Positions 48,796 through 63,400 are shown, numbered from the stretch's first letter. The stretch: 64,000 nucleotides of DNA from Entomortierella parvispora E1425 (GCA_020891255.1 BQFW01000002.1:1488001-1552000), one strand, 5' to 3'. Notes: generated by a model from the letters alone, not told the origin. Numbers and translations: made by a program.

Positions 48796-51115
48796 TCATT
48801 GCTCGAGCCCCTGGAGATCAATCTCCAGGTTGATGGGGACATCCAGTGCGTACGGGTCGTACTCTGCTTTTGTCCCCCTCTCATCTTTGTTGAACTCCTC
48901 TTGAACCTCGAGCTGTGATTCAACGATATCATCGGCCTCGGCTTCCTGTAGCTGGTGCAATTGGTCCAGTTGCTTTTGATAACGCAATTGACGTTGCTGA
49001 TGATAACGCTGAACTTCAGCTTCGTCCTGAACGTTGTAATCACTGTCGTCCTGGTCATGATCATCATAATCTTCTTCGACGGGATGGTGATAATCTTCAT
49101 AATCATATCCTTCATTTCCATCGTGATCATAATAGTCCTCCTCATCGTCACCCGGGTCTTCTTCATCCCATTGTGGAACCAGTGGCCTCAGCGGTGCTGG
49201 AGGCATCGTAGACAGGTACTCAATGTCTCTTTCTGACAATACGCGGGCAGGTTCACCATCCTCTTCATCGGGATGAAGTACAATTTGAGGAATCGGCATT
49301 GGAGTTGGTGGTGTTGCCAGAGCTACTGTCCCCTGCTTAATCTTTTTAGCAAATGTGTTCACAAGACTAAAGGGCGATGAACTCGTAGGCGTGCTTGGGG
49401 ACGATGCACTTGCTACATCTTCTGATCCAGTGTTGCTAGAGCGACTACGCCAGTACTGAAGTGGCAGTGAAGCGAGACTCGGCTTGGGGGAGCGTGCCTG
49501 GGAAGATGCTGGAACCGTAGCAGTTTCTTGATCAGGGACATCGCCATTGACGTGAAATCCCGAATCTTCGGTACTTAATTGACTGCAGTCATTGATGGAT
49601 GACCTCCGTGCAGGGATGACAATAGGGGGGTTATATGAAGATGCTGATAGTGGTGGCGGATGCCGTATCCTTCCTTCCCCCGCATTTCCAGCCTCCTCCA
49701 CCTCATCTTCCTCGTGATCTAGTCTCATCATTGTTTGCCATGCTGGTAGATATTGTTGGCGCTGTTTCTGCAACTTTTCCATCTGCACGATTTGATGTGT
49801 CGAAAGATCAACGCTGATTGGGAGTGAAGACTGTGGTCCTTGGAGATCGGCAATTGACTCATCTACGATTGCATAGTCCTGCTGTAGAGTAGTGGTCGTA
49901 GACAGTGTTGGCGATTCAGCCTTGGTCTCTGTCTCTGAGCGTTCTTCCGAGTCGTCGCTCATCCGCACTCGATCTACCGTCTTGGAGGGCATCGACCGGA
50001 TGGCCTCATTTGTTGGCTCTGCACTGATGGGAGAGACGGCTTTGAATATCAACTCTGACAGCGACTCCCCAGGCTGGTCAAACTCGAGCTCGTCCAAGCC
50101 ATAGTTATGACTGTTGATGAACACGGTTTTAGCCTCTATCGGTCGTGAAGGTGAAGCAACTCCCCCCTGCTCGAGATTGTTCTCATCTCTGAAGGTGACG
50201 GTGACCTGTGAGATCCTTTGGTGGCTGGGATAATAGATGACATTACTGTCCAGACTGATTCTCTTTTCAGTCCCGGTCCAACTCTTGTACTTTTGGATCT
50301 GGCTGTCATACTCCTTTGCCCTGTCAATGTCGCTGTCGTCTATTGCTGATATTCTTCTGCCCATCGAGGGTTCCCCAAAAAGGTCTTCCTCGGGTGCAGG
50401 TGCAACCGAGGACGAAGGTCCAAAGCCAAAGAATTTCTGACTCAATCGACCACTGCTCCTTGGACTATTTTCAGGATGTCGATTTCTGGCTCCTCGTAGA
50501 GCTGACTCAAGACTGTAGGCTCCTTTTGCTCCTCCTACCATCCCCATGCACTTCTGTTTTGGGTCTTGAATTTCAAACCCCAAGGCTGGATCCTGAACAG
50601 CAACTCGAAGGCACACCAAAGTAACCAGTGATATGCACCAGCTTCCTCCCTGTACGGCAAAAAGGGATGGGATCACGATCTGAGAGGGGTCATTGGCGTT
50701 ATCGACAATCTTTTGGCCCACAATAAGTGATGGCTCAATGAGCTCCTCGGGTAGTACGATAAGGCCACAAAGGATCAGCGTGTGAACGATGGCAAGCAGC
50801 TCCCACACTCCTACCAGGGTGGCGTACTAGAAAAGTCAGGAAAGAACGTTGAACAATAGGAACAGTAAGAATAGGTAGCAAGGTTTTGATAAGCTGGCAG
50901 TCAATTGCACGGTCTGCTTGGCGTACACAGTAAAGATATCCTAGGCTCTTCTTGTGGGCAGCACCGATGCCAACTATTACAAAACTAAACCCGATCGCGG
51001 TCACGATAGCCCCGATCCAAGCACCAGCATCGGCGAGCAAGGAAGTCGACACTAACAAGGCAGCAGCTTGGAGCCAAAGCGAGGCTTTGAGAACACCATT
51101 CGGGCTAAAGCCCAT
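48796..51115 (-). CDS. Membrane protein with about 4 N-terminal TM helices and a long acidic disordered tail, 2 exons
   Basis: Intron 50926-50827 is in frame; four hydrophobic segments lie in the first ~135 aa. Confidence 0.7.
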
Positions 51116-53400
51116 TGTTGGTTGAGGAGCTTGGTGTTGGATATAAAGGGCAGGAGGCTGTGGGCTTTCAGGTTCGAGATGACCTTGGTAAAAGTGAAGG
51201 AGGGAGAGAGAGAGAGAGAAGGAGAGTACGTAGGTAGGTGGGGACCACGAGAGGAGAGGAAGTGCTAGTTTCTTGGATTGAATAGGTGTTCAGTGTTTGG
51301 AAAGGGTCGTGTCAGCCGTCGATGAGAAGGTGGGTGGGGGTGATGTGCCTGTTGTGTCTTTTGTTGGTCGTTATCAATATGAGTTGGGCTATATGATGCA
51401 CTGAGGCGGTTGAAATATGTACAGTTGAAGGTAACGATCGATGCTTAAAGTCGTCAGACCAGTCTGCATGTCGTCCTCTGTGGAGGCGGAAAAGAAATGG
51501 ATAAACGGATAAGAGGGATGGGTTTTGGGATATGAGAAGAAAGACAAAAGAGGGTGCCTGGTTTCTCAGTCTCGCAAGCACGCTGTTCACTCAGTGACCC
51601 TTCCATCTTTCAAGGACGACCTGGTTCCCGCCAATCCACCACACACTACTTACTATCAGGTCCAAAGGTAATGTGACACGCGCTTGAACCAGCTTGATCT
51701 GGCTTTTTGAGAGCTACATTCGGGAGGCTGTTCTCAGGTTGGCCGCCCTTGCCCCTTGCCTGCTCACATCATTGACTCCATGATGGCTCTTTGTCTCTTT
51801 TGTTTCTTGTCGCTCAACTCGTTCAATTTGACAAGAAAGGGGTCTCCCTTGGAGGCGATTATTATTTCAGCCAGTTTGACAAAAAGCTCCGCCTTTCTTT
51901 ATTCTTTCTTTTCCATTCAGGTTCCCAACTTGACTCCTTTGTTATCCTCTCTATTCTCTCTGGCACGATCTGTAAACAAATCATCCGTGCACGACACACA
52001 CACACGACCAAATAAAAAATGAAACGAGCACGAGTAATTGTTTGTTTCTGTCAGTTGTATTTGCGTGCGGAGAGATCATACCCGCCAGGGTGGGGGGAAG
52101 CTTTGTGCTGAAAAGGAAAGAAGTGTAAGGTGGATGAACAGGTGAAAAGGTCTTGAATTGATAATGGACAATGCATATGATCGACAAGAGCCATCATCTG
52201 CGTACCGGATAGAACCATTTCAGAGTGGAGGTGGAGAGGGAAGAAAGAATAAATGACACACACGTTGAAGGAGCAACGAATATGGCTAGTGGAGTGATCA
52301 CCGATAGGACGATGATCCGACAGCCGGGGAAGCCTGTGAGAAAGTGGCCGGATGTGTCTGTTTACCCCGCTCAGTCCCCGCAAACACCTCCTGTTTGTCA
52401 TGAGGGGGGAAAGACTCCTGTGGTAGCCGTGTGGAGCAAACAGTGAGTGTCAATTCTTTGACTTTATGAACAGCAGAAAGTCCGCCCTGAAGCCGCATGT
52501 GAAAATGTGATAAAAAAAAAAAAAGCTGAAATAAAAATAATCGGCGCAAGAGCCACCCGGAGATGAGTGCGTTTGGAGCAATCGCCAGACAATCTACAGC
52601 CACTCGTGTCCTGTCAATCAACGACATGAACTGAGAGAGGTAAATGAGCGGAGAGCCCCAAATGGTCAATGGCCGAGTCGAGAATTTGGTTCTATTGCAT
52701 GCAAATCAATTTGCGATAGGGAATAAAAGACCGAAAAGTTGACGCGAGAATTGCCACCAAGCACGTGCACGGGAACCAGACAGAAGGATCTCAAGAAAGG
52801 ATCCAAGAACAAACCACGGACAGGTGAGGTGTTTATACCATCATGGCTTTAGCATGCTGTGCCGGCCAGACTTCCCGGAATAGATGAATAGATGACCCTG
52901 ATTCCCAGAGTTCAAACAAAGAACATGGCAGGAGGGACTCAGTCTGAATCCCCTAGTTTGAGACGCGTCGGAGGTACAGGTCTCAGGGGATGGCGGATAA
53001 TGAAGGAAGAAAAGAGGAACCATGGACGGATGGACACATGAAAGGAGCAGCAGCAGAAGGCGGAAAAAAAGAGCCAAGCGATCGTAATCAGAAAACAGGC
53101 TATTGCAGTAAAACGCTCTCTGCACGAGCAATTGACGGTCGGACGGACGGACGGATTCGGTCGCCTGGCTCGTTCATTTGCTTTTTTTTCTCATGGTGGA
53201 TGCGACTCGTCATTGCTTAAAACTCGGCCATCTTTCTTCTCCCCTGCCCCCTCCTTCCTTCTTTCCTTCTTTCTCCTTCGCTCCTTCTTATCCCTCCCCC
53301 TTCTCTGCTGACGATATATATTTCTACTCTCCACTGCCTGCTCCGTCTGTCATTGCAACGTCCCTCGGCGCAATCTATACTCACTCCATTCGATACGACC

Positions 53401-56345
53401 ATGGGTCTCCAGATCTATGACTTCGTTTCATTCTTCTTCACAATCCTGCTCGACATCTTCTTTCGAGAGATTCGACCTCGGGGTGCCCACAAGGTGCCTC
53501 AACAAGGCCCTGTGATCTTTGTCGCTGCCCCTCATGCAAACCAGGTACCGCTATCTGTCGCACGCGCTCCCTTTTCTGTGGCTGTTCTCAACTTGACCGA
53601 GACCTTAACTCATGTCCTTTCTTTTTGCACGTAGTTTGTTGATCCTTTGGTACTCATGCGCGAATGTGGCCGCAGAGTCTCATTCCTAGCTGCCAAAAAG
53701 TCAATGGATCGCAAGTGGATTGGTGCCATGGCTAGGTCCATGAATGCAAGTATGTTCTTTTATTCCTTGACCACTGGCTAAAAAAAAAAAAAGGCGTGGG
53801 TCTTTGTAGTTGCAGGAGGGGTGGGTGGATGACCAATCCTCCTTTGCCTCGTTGCGCCCCCTTGCACGACTGGATGCGGTCACTGACGAAAACAAAAGGC
53901 TGAATGTATATCAATAACCTATCTTCTGACAACCCCTACTTTTTTTCCTCAATGGGTGACCTCAGTCCCTGTTGAACGCCCACAGGACTTGGCGAAAGCT
54001 GGTTCAGGAACAATCAAACTCTTGGACCGCTACAACGATCCTCTTCGCGTCACCGGCTTTGGTACTCAATTTACAAAGGAACTCATGGTGGGCGATCAAA
54101 TCTCTCTTCCCAAGGACGTTGGCACATCTGCTGTGGTCGAGATCATCTCGGACACGGAACTTTTGATTAAGAAAGAGTTCAAAGAGCTCAAGGCCCTCGA
54201 ACTCTTGACAAGTGCAGAGGGGTCTAAATACAAGTGTATGCCTCACATGGACCAGACCAACGTTTACAGGACCGTCTTTGAACGTTTGAATGCAGGCCAC
54301 TGCGTCGGCATCTTTCCTGAGGGTGGTTCACACGACCGTGCAGAGATGTTGCCCTTGAAAGGTATTGCGAAATTGGAAATATTGTTTTCAAATAGCCATG
54401 GGTCATTAGGCAAAAGGTAAGAAAAAGAACTCACGCTTTCCATTCTCTTCCATGCAAACAGCTGGTGTTACAATCATGGCTCTGGGCGCATTGGCCGCAA
54501 ACCCTTCCTTGGATCTCAAAATTGTTACCTGTGGTCTCAACTACTTTCACCCACATCGCTTCCGCTCCCGTGCCGTCGTTGAGTTTGGCGAACCGTTGAC
54601 TGTCCCTCCAGAGTTGGTCGAAATGTACAAGCGCGGAGGCGCCGAAAAGCGCCAGGCCTGTGGAAAGCTCCTGGACACCATCTATGACGCACTCAAGAAC
54701 GTTACGCTCAATGCTCCCGATTATGAAACTCTGATGGTAAGATAATATTTGTTTGTTTTAATAGAATGGCAGTTTGGTCCATGTGTCCAAACCGGCTGTT
54801 TGATGACTAAATCCAACCAAACAATGTTCCGCCGTTTGCTTATCTACATAGGTTATTCAAGCTGCCCGTCGTCTGTACAAGCCCACACATCGCAAACTTC
54901 AGATCTCTCAGGTTGTCGAATTGAACCGTCGCTTCGTTGCTGGATATTTGCACTTTCAAGACAACCCGAAAGTGATTGATACCAAAGATAAGGTTATGCA
55001 TTACAACACACAACTTCGCTACCACGGACTTCGCGACCACCAGGTCGACATTCGCACCACCAGACGTCATGCTGTGGGAGTCTTGTTTGCTCGTCTGGCC
55101 AAGATCGTCTTTTGGGGCTTGTTGGCTCTCCCTGGGTATGTTTGCTACAGGTGTTTTTTCAGCCCCATCATGTATAGCAGTAGCGAATTTGAGCTAACCT
55201 GCCTGTATTTCTTTTCTTCTATTAGTACCCTCATGAACCTTCCTGTCGCCATTGTCGCCCGAGTTATCAGTAACAAGAAGGCCAAAGGTAACGATGTAAC
55301 AAGTTTATGACGCAGATGAGGTGACATTTTTTCTCGTCTTTGGTTCTCACCCTATTGAAATGCTTCTGTTTTTGTAGAGGCACTGGCAGCATCCACAGTC
55401 AAGATTGCAGGGAGAGATGTCCTCGCAACATGGAAACTGTTGGTGGCGTTGGGACTGATGCCGATCCTCTACTTCTCATATTCGGTCCTGGTTTTCCTGT
55501 TCTGTGGCTTTTATGACATCTCTTTTACCTCACGACTCTTGATTGCATGGGCTGCATGGGCCTGTATCCCTTTTGTAACCTATGCCAGCATTCGCTTTGG
55601 TGAAGTTGGGATCGACGTTTTCAAGTCCATTCGACCATTGTTTCTCTCGATCATCCCAGGCGAGGAAAACACTATCAATGAGCTTCGCAAGTCTCGCGCA
55701 GAACTTCAAAGGACCATCACCAATCTTATCAACGAACTTGCGCCTGAGATTTACCCCGATTTTGACTCCAAAAGGATCCTTGACCCCTCACCCAACGATC
55801 GCCCCAGTCGTGGCGCCTCTCGTTCTGCTTCGGGCACCAACTTGGCCCAGACCATCTTCAATACCGTGAATACAGCCGCTCAGCCTCTGAACCAATGGCT
55901 GGGTATCGATGGACGATTCGAATGGGAGCGTGCTGACGATTCTGATGCGGACGACGTCTTCTTTTTCCTTAATCCTGCTGGTGCAATCCAGGGTCGATCC
56001 AGAACATCCTCATGGGGAACAGGCGCGTGGACACCATCTGCCGATGGCTCTCGATCTAGAAGCCGTAGCCGGACGAGCTCCTTCACCTCTGGACAGATTC
56101 AGTTGGGTGAGGGCTTTAAGCTAGAGGCTTTGACAGAACTGCCAAAGGACAGACCTTTTGCTGAGGTAACCAGGCGACTTAGTCTCAGTCGCAAGCCGAA
56201 GAGTGATCTCGAGCTGACCAAGGACCCTCAGGAACTTGAGAACGGTGGTGGATTCATGCACGAAGGCCACTTTGTGAGCACACCACCTATCACGATCCAA
56301 AACATGGACGACCCCATGGAATCCGCAAAGACCAAGGAAGCATAG
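53401..56345 (+). CDS. SCT1: Glycerol-3-phosphate/DHAP O-acyltransferase (Sct1/Gpt2 type), 7 exons
   Basis: APHANQFVDP (motif I), IFPEGGSHDR (motif III), GLNYFHPHRFRSRAVVEFG and GRDVLATWK. Confidence 0.94.
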
Positions 56346-56744
56346 CGCCTTCTTTTCCCCACCCTTCGTTGACCATTTTGCACTCCCTACTCTTCCACCT
56401 TTTTCTTTTTTTGTTTTGATTTCAAAGTCTCCTCTCCTCCATCCTCACCCTGATTGATTGTGCCCTACCATGGGACGATACCTCTGACACGCACATTATG
56501 AACGGCGTTGGCATCCACGACGAAATCCTCAAATTGCCATCACTATCACGACTTTTTTTCCCCTGCCATTTGCATCTCTCACCCGCCCCTGCCTTGTTCT
56601 TCTCATTCATCCATTGACCAAAGGCACCATGCCATCCATGTGAGCCTAGATGTCCCCTCTAGGGCAAAAGTCATCCTTATTTACAAACAGAAGTACAAAT
56701 AAAAAAAAATATGAACGAGATGTTTGAAAGGTTTAGATAAGTAG

Positions 56745-57530
56745 CTAACAAGAGGCATCGGCTATGTGGTGCACCATGGTAGAGGAGTAGCCTCTGGAAG
56801 AGGTGGTAGAGATGACTGAGGCTCTCGAAGAATCGGCCATCGAAAGGGAAGCGAGCTGCTGTTGTTGTTGCCGGCTCTTCGACTGCGACGTACTACTGTC
56901 AAAAGACGGGGGTATGCTGGTGTGATTGCTGCTGTCAGCGGTCTGATCACAGAGCGGCCTCGATGTCTCTTCAAAATCGATCGTGTCAAAACGTCTGTCT
57001 GCCCTGCGCGACGATGACAATGGCGATGAAGGAAAAATGGGCCGGGCGCGTCCCCAACGAGCGAAATAGATCTCGCCCACAAAGATACCGGCCAGGATGG
57101 CACCGAAATAAGCCGAGTTGTAAGTCATGATGACCAACATGAGCATGTATCCGATCCCAACAACGCCAGTGGTCAAAACTGCACGCGCCACATCTGCCTG
57201 CCAAATAAATGGCTGGGGAGTGGGGAGGACCCCAAAGGACGAGGTGGTCGAGGATGTGTAGGATGAAGAACGATGACGACGAGATCGTGGAGGACGGGCA
57301 TGGCGACGTGGGAGGGTGGCAAGTCCCGAGCTGCTGCTACCAAATCCACGACGGGATGCCGGGGTGAACGACGTAGTGGAGGACTCTACAATCTCGACAT
57401 GGATATGGTCCGAAGATGGATCCTGTTGTAACAAAACTGGCGTCAAAACGGCATGGTCTTCTGGAATGTGTTGCTGCTCTTGAGACAGAGAAGACTGGTC
57501 TGATTTTTCATTCTCGAATCTAACGGCTCG

Positions 57531-57563
<33 letters not shown>

Positions 57564-57824
57564 ATCCCCGTCCTCGTTTTCTTGCGTCTGCTCTGTTTGC
57601 AGCGAACGGGCTGTCACACGGGTATGGTGTCGGGGGTAATAGTGAAGGTGGAGGTAGGCTTCTAAAAATCCCTGGGCGGCGACCAAGGCACGGAAGCCGA
57701 TGGAGAGAAGAAAGAGGCCGATGAGGGCGCCAATCATCTCTGGCTCGGACATTGGCATCAGATTTGAACTCCAGAATGACGAGCCGTAGCCGGAGCTAAA
57801 ACTACTACTCATGGCGTGGTCCAT
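56745..57824 (-). CDS. Ctr-family copper transporter
   Basis: Three TM segments, with YMLMLVIMTYN (MxxxM) followed by GxxxG (AGIFVG), and N-terminal Met residues. Confidence 0.85.
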
Positions 57825-57972
57825 GATCAGGAATGAAGGAAGAGGAAGAAAGAGAGATGGAAGAAGAGATGAGATGAGGAGAGGAGAGGAGAGGGACGTC
57901 GAACGACAGCGACGGCAAGGAGGTGAGAAGGAAGATGGAGAAAAGTCGACAGGAGGCAGGAAGACGAGGAGG

Positions 57973-58029
57973 GAGTGAGAGAGAGTGAGTGAGAGTGAGT
58001 GAGTGAGAGAGAGAGAGAGAGAGAGAGAG
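57973..58029. repeat. (GA)n/(GAGT)n microsatellite upstream of the Ctr gene
   Basis: Directly visible. Confidence 0.95.
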
Positions 58030-58574
58030 GGAAGGAGGGACAGAAAGAGTGAGAAAGAAAGAGAGCGAGAACGAGGGCGAAAAAGAACAGGCCACTGACA
58101 GCAAACCCGGGCTTGTCAAAATGAGGTTTGACAGGTGGACAGCAAACACCCTGTTCTGTTTGGTCTGTTCCTGGTCCAGTTGGTCCAGGGGCTGGAAATC
58201 ACCCGGTCGAACCGGGAAGGTACTCCGCCCTTCTTATTTGTTTTTCTTTCTTTTTTTTTTATTGCGTTTGCTGCTTGCTCATCTCGTCTCGCTCTCTTTC
58301 TCCGCTCTATTTCTATGACAGTAACCTTGCCATGCATGCAAAGCTTCTACGCTCTTCACGAGCAGGTGGACAGAGTGGCGCTCGAGTCCTCTCCTAGGCA
58401 ACCACCTCGCGAACGCAGTTGCTGTGGCTTGTCCCTGGCGCGGCAACTCCATTCTGATCGGTCCTGTTGAGAACACAAGTGTATTCAAGCATCATCAGCT
58501 GTCCCTCTTCCTTCCGCACCTTTCCTCCATCCCCCACTCCACCAAACCCCACACAATACACCACCCAAAACAAA

Positions 58575-59446
58575 ATGTTCACAGAAGTTCAAGTCAATAA
58601 TGCAATTGCAGAGTTCGAAAAGCCAGACCTAGCTTCATGGGACCTCTTCTCGGAAGTCAAAAACTTCAAAGTCTACCGACGGGCTGTTCCTGGAACTTCA
58701 CTCAAAGAGTACAAAGTCCTGGGTGCCTATCCCGATCTGCCTCCAAGATATCTTGTGCGAGCCTACACAGACTTGGACTTTAGAAAGACCTGGGATACAA
58801 ATATGATCGGATGGAAAGCCCTCCCAAACCATCGATTGCATTTCGTAGCAAAGTTCCCCTGGCCTCTTTACCCCCGAGACTATGTCTACGAGCTGCGTAT
58901 TCAAGAATTCAAGGAAGGAGTGATTTGTATCAATGGCAACAGTGTTCAGGACGAGAGCACGCCCGAAAGATCAGATATTGTTCGCGTTGACGAGTTTCGA
59001 CAGGACGTCGTAATGCAACCAACTGCCGATGGGCTGGGCTGCAATGTGTGGTTCGGATACTACGATGACCCGAAGGTAAGATAGAAACATTACAACTATG
59101 AAGTGCCCAGATGAAGGTAATAGCATCCTCTATCCATCCGAGCCACTATCTCACTCTTTCATACCACCACTTGCATCATCTATAGGGGTACATCCCAACG
59201 AGCATCATCAATTGGGCGGCTCGCTCAGGCATTCCTGGTAAGAAAGATGAACCAGTCGGTTAATTTGGCGATCACCTTGGATACCTACTAATCGATGATC
59301 ACACCTATAACGCAGCGCTCTTGACCTCTCTTCGGACCGCAGGTCTGAAGTTAATGGCCAAGGACGAAAAGGAGGCAATGAATGAGAAGACCGTGTCGCT
59401 AGCCGATGCGGAGGCAGCGCCGTCAGCCGTCAGCGTGAATTGTTAA
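58575..59446 (+). CDS. START-domain lipid-transfer protein (PCTP/StARD-like), 3 exons
   Basis: VYRR..KEYKV, DLDFRKTWD, KFPWPLYPRDYVY, VRVDEF and spliced DPKGYIP..IINWAA. Confidence 0.88.
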
Positions 59447-60419
59447 AGCAGGGAGAACCAACTAGACATTGAATAAAAATTAGATCGAAAGAACAATATC
59501 GAATAATTTACTCCCATAAAACATAGAGAAAACACCCAAAGAACAAAATGAGCTTGTCTGATTTGATTTTTTTGATCGATCATTTCCATTTCCTTCATTA
59601 ATCAAATCAAACCCAATCTTTCCCCTTCTCCATCCCTTCTCCATCCATCTCCATCCGTTGCTGGTTTGGAGTTGCTCTCTCTCCTCTCTTTCTGCCACGC
59701 CCTTCAGCATCAACTTGCACAGGCACGTTCCATCCTGGCCCTGATTAGGCCCCTGTCCTCATGTGAGTCTGCCCACTTCCTTCTGAATCTCTCCACCTCT
59801 CTCTCTCCCTCTCTCTCTGGCACGAACCACCCCCACCCTCCACCGCTCCTTTCCTACTTCAGTGATTCTGCACCCTCCACGCGCGTACCTTCTCTCCCCT
59901 CCACTGCCCTCTGGAGAGATTAGCACTCGCGCGAGCCCTTGATTGGATTACATATTCTCTGGAAGTGTGCTCTGCGCAATCACTGCTCGGCTCTATCCCA
60001 TCTACCTCCACTGCCAGTCTTGCCGAGTCTTCCATTGTCCGGCTCGTCGTCGTCGTCGAGATCGACTCGTCATGTTCTGCTCTTGCACGCATCGAACGAT
60101 CTCATTCCATGCAGAAGCAAAAGACTAACGAAATTGCCACTCCTTCTCTACCTCCCAACCCCTCCATCGGGAAATGACCCTTCCCTTCGTCCCTGTCGAC
60201 CTATTCACGTCCTGGCCGAAACAAGTTCACGCTCGGCCTGTCCAACTCCTCCCTCCCCCCGTTTGACACACCAGCCCTCCCCTTCCAGTCTGCCAGCTCG
60301 TCGAGACTCGGCCATAGACTCGATACCAGCGTCAAGGTCTTTTTCCTTTACTACTACCTCTCTGTGATCCTGGACCTTGTTCAAGATCCCCATTACACCT
60401 TTCTGCCAATTTGCCACGA

Positions 60420-63400
60420 ATGGATTGTAAGTTCAACACTTGACACTGCCAGGATTGGACCGTTTGAATCGAATGGTTTGTTCTGATGGTACAATCCTGG
60501 TGTATCTCTTTGGAAAGAAGCATTTGCATACCCTGATGAATGACCCAGGGGGAGAGGGTCCAACAGATTGCTGTGCTGTTCCTGACTGAATCATAATATG
60601 GAGTAATGGGACAATCGACCTCTCCACATCTTTATACGTGCCGACAACTTCAAGGGACCAATGGATGGCAGGTCCAGCAAAGTGCATATCGACTTGCATT
60701 AATCGGTCGTTCCCAGCCCTCCCATTGGAACATATCTTGATGACTTCCCCATCAAAACTGGGGTCGCTATCGAAGAATCGCTATAGAGGATGCCTCTGAC
60801 TCAAACTCTTGCAAACGTCTATCCATGTAACCCGAGTAGCCCAAGATTCATCTGCATACGAGGACGAGCCCACGTCACCGCCAATTGCCCGCAACCGTCG
60901 ATCCTCCGACACGTCTTCTGGCGATGAGAAGAGGCGCAATAATGGTCATCATATGGTAGTGGACTCGAAGTCTGGATCTGATTCATCTTCTTTTGGTTCT
61001 TCCAGTGGCGACGACGATGATGATGACGATGATGAGCCTGATTACCAGCCATCCAAGGATGCCTCAAGACAACACCAGCAGGATGAAAGTCCATACGACA
61101 GCTTCGAAGAAGTCAATGGGTCCGAATCTGGTCGCAAACAATCGAGCAAAGCACCTCGGACGAGCAGAACGGAATTTAGGAACGTTGATGCAGAGCTTTA
61201 TGATCTCCGTCGGTCGGGCAGAAGCCGAAGAGCCCCTAGAATTGTTGACGATGATGAGGAGGACGAAGAGGTAAGCTCTATCCCCCTTAGTTTCTATCGC
61301 CAGGAGCCATTGCTTTATTGGTTGTTAACCGAAAATATTCCGGCATCTATTTACTGCAGAGTGATTTTGAAGCTGAGGACGCTGAAGGATCGGACTCTGG
61401 CTCTGGAGAAGACTCTGATGACAGTGGCAGCGATTACGGTGGCTATGGCAAAAAGAAAAAATCTTCGTCGTCCTCCAAACGGTCTTCCAAGTCTTCGAAT
61501 AGAAAAGGTACAACATTGACAAAATCTTACCTCCGACATGATGGCTCCTGAGTGCAAATCTGGACGTCCCGTTAACCAAACAAATCAACATTGTGGTGTA
61601 GGCTCAAGTCACAATGAACGGCCATCACAGAGGATAACACCACAAAACTCGTCGTCGTCAGAAAGTGACTCTGATGGAGACTGGGGTGGCTCATCCAAAA
61701 AGAAATCAGGAAGTCGTCGTAGGAAACGCCAGAGCAATGGTAGGTCTCTAACCACGGATTCAGACAATTATGTTCAATACGCCAGTAGCAAAGGAACATA
61801 GACGCATTGGAGATACTAACTCTTTATCTCTCTCTCTCTGTAGTAAACAATGACGCTGATTCTGGAGTTCGCTACTCGTCTCGAGGTGGCCAGGTCAACT
61901 ACAATGAGGACGAGAACGACTGGGGTCTTAGCTCAGATGAAGACAAGCTCCCTGTGTACAACAAGCCTGTGCTGACACCTGAGGAGGAGGGCGACGTAAT
62001 CGAAAGCGTCCACGACTTTCGCCGTGCAGAGAATGGTATGTTTTTTGGGGAGGAGAGCGTGGATTGGCCGTGACTGCTTTTTGGATAGATTGTTATTTAT
62101 TTGAATTGCCCTGACTATTATTAATCATGCCCCTCTCTCTGACAAACAGAAGAGGATGACTCTGAAGATGCTGACGAGCCGCGCCATAACATGGAGTATC
62201 TGATCAAGTGGAAGGGTCAGAGTCATATGCATGATACATGGGAGCCATACCAAAATCTGCGTCAGTACAAAGGATTTAAAAAGGTCGACAGCTACATTCA
62301 TCGCTTTGTCTATCCAGAGATTGCACTCAAGTCCGACCCCAACACTACCCGTGAGGAAATTGAGCAATCCGATGTGAACAGGGAGATGCTTCGCGATGAA
62401 TTGAAGGACTACAAGACGGTTGAACGCATCATCGCCACCAGAACATCCAAGGGAGGCGAGACAGAATATTTTTGCAAGTGGAACCGTCTGCCGTATGGCT
62501 CGGCTACTTGGGAAGGCGAGGACCTCATTTCAGAGAACCATCAGACTGAGATTGATGCCTTTTTGGACCGTGAGTCGAGTCAGAAGGTTCCATATAGGAC
62601 AACCATCTACCCTAAAGGACAACGACCTCCTTTCAAGAAATTGTTGACCCAGCCAGAATACCTTGTTGGCGGACAGCTGCGTGACTACCAGCTGACGGGT
62701 CTTAACTGGATGTCTCGACTTTGGTCTAGAAATGAGAACGGTATTCTTGCTGATGAGATGGGATTGGGAAAGACTGTCCAATCCATTTCTATCATCTCGT
62801 TCCTATTCCACCAACACAACCTGTACGGACCATACCTTGTCGTCGTTCCTTTATCTACGATCGGCGCATGGCAGAGAGAGTTTGAGCGATGGGCGCCGGA
62901 CATGAACATGATTGTTTACATTGGAGACGCGGCCAGTCGACAGACGATTCGCGACTACGAATTTTATCAAAAGGGATCCACCAACAAGATCCGTTTCAAT
63001 GTGCTGCTCACTACTTTTGAACTGGTTCGTATGGACCGCGCCGAGCTGGACAAAATCAAATGGACGTACCTGGCCATCGATGAGGCTCACAGGCTCAAGA
63101 ACAAGCAATCTCAGCTTCATGAAACCCTCAAGGATTTCAACACTACAAATCGCCTCCTGATCACAGGAACCCCTCTCCAGAACAGCGTTAAGGAGTTGAT
63201 CGCCCTTTGCAACTTTCTGATGCCGGACAAGTTTGACGACGACGATGTGGAGATTGATATGGCGGATGCGGAACAAGAAGCCAAGATTCGCGACCTCCAT
63301 GACAACTTAAAGCCCTATATGTTGCGTCGACTGAAGAAGGATGTAGAGAAATCGTTGCCCAAGAAGACGGAGCGTATTTTGCGTGTGGAGTTGTCTCAAA

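Noticed and set aside
59914-59926. GAGAGATTAGCA resembling U6 snRNA
   Set aside because: Only about 8 nt match; no ACAGAGA box context or U6 stem.
60797-60799. TGA apparently in frame near the CHD1 start
   Set aside because: It lies inside intron 60427-60839.
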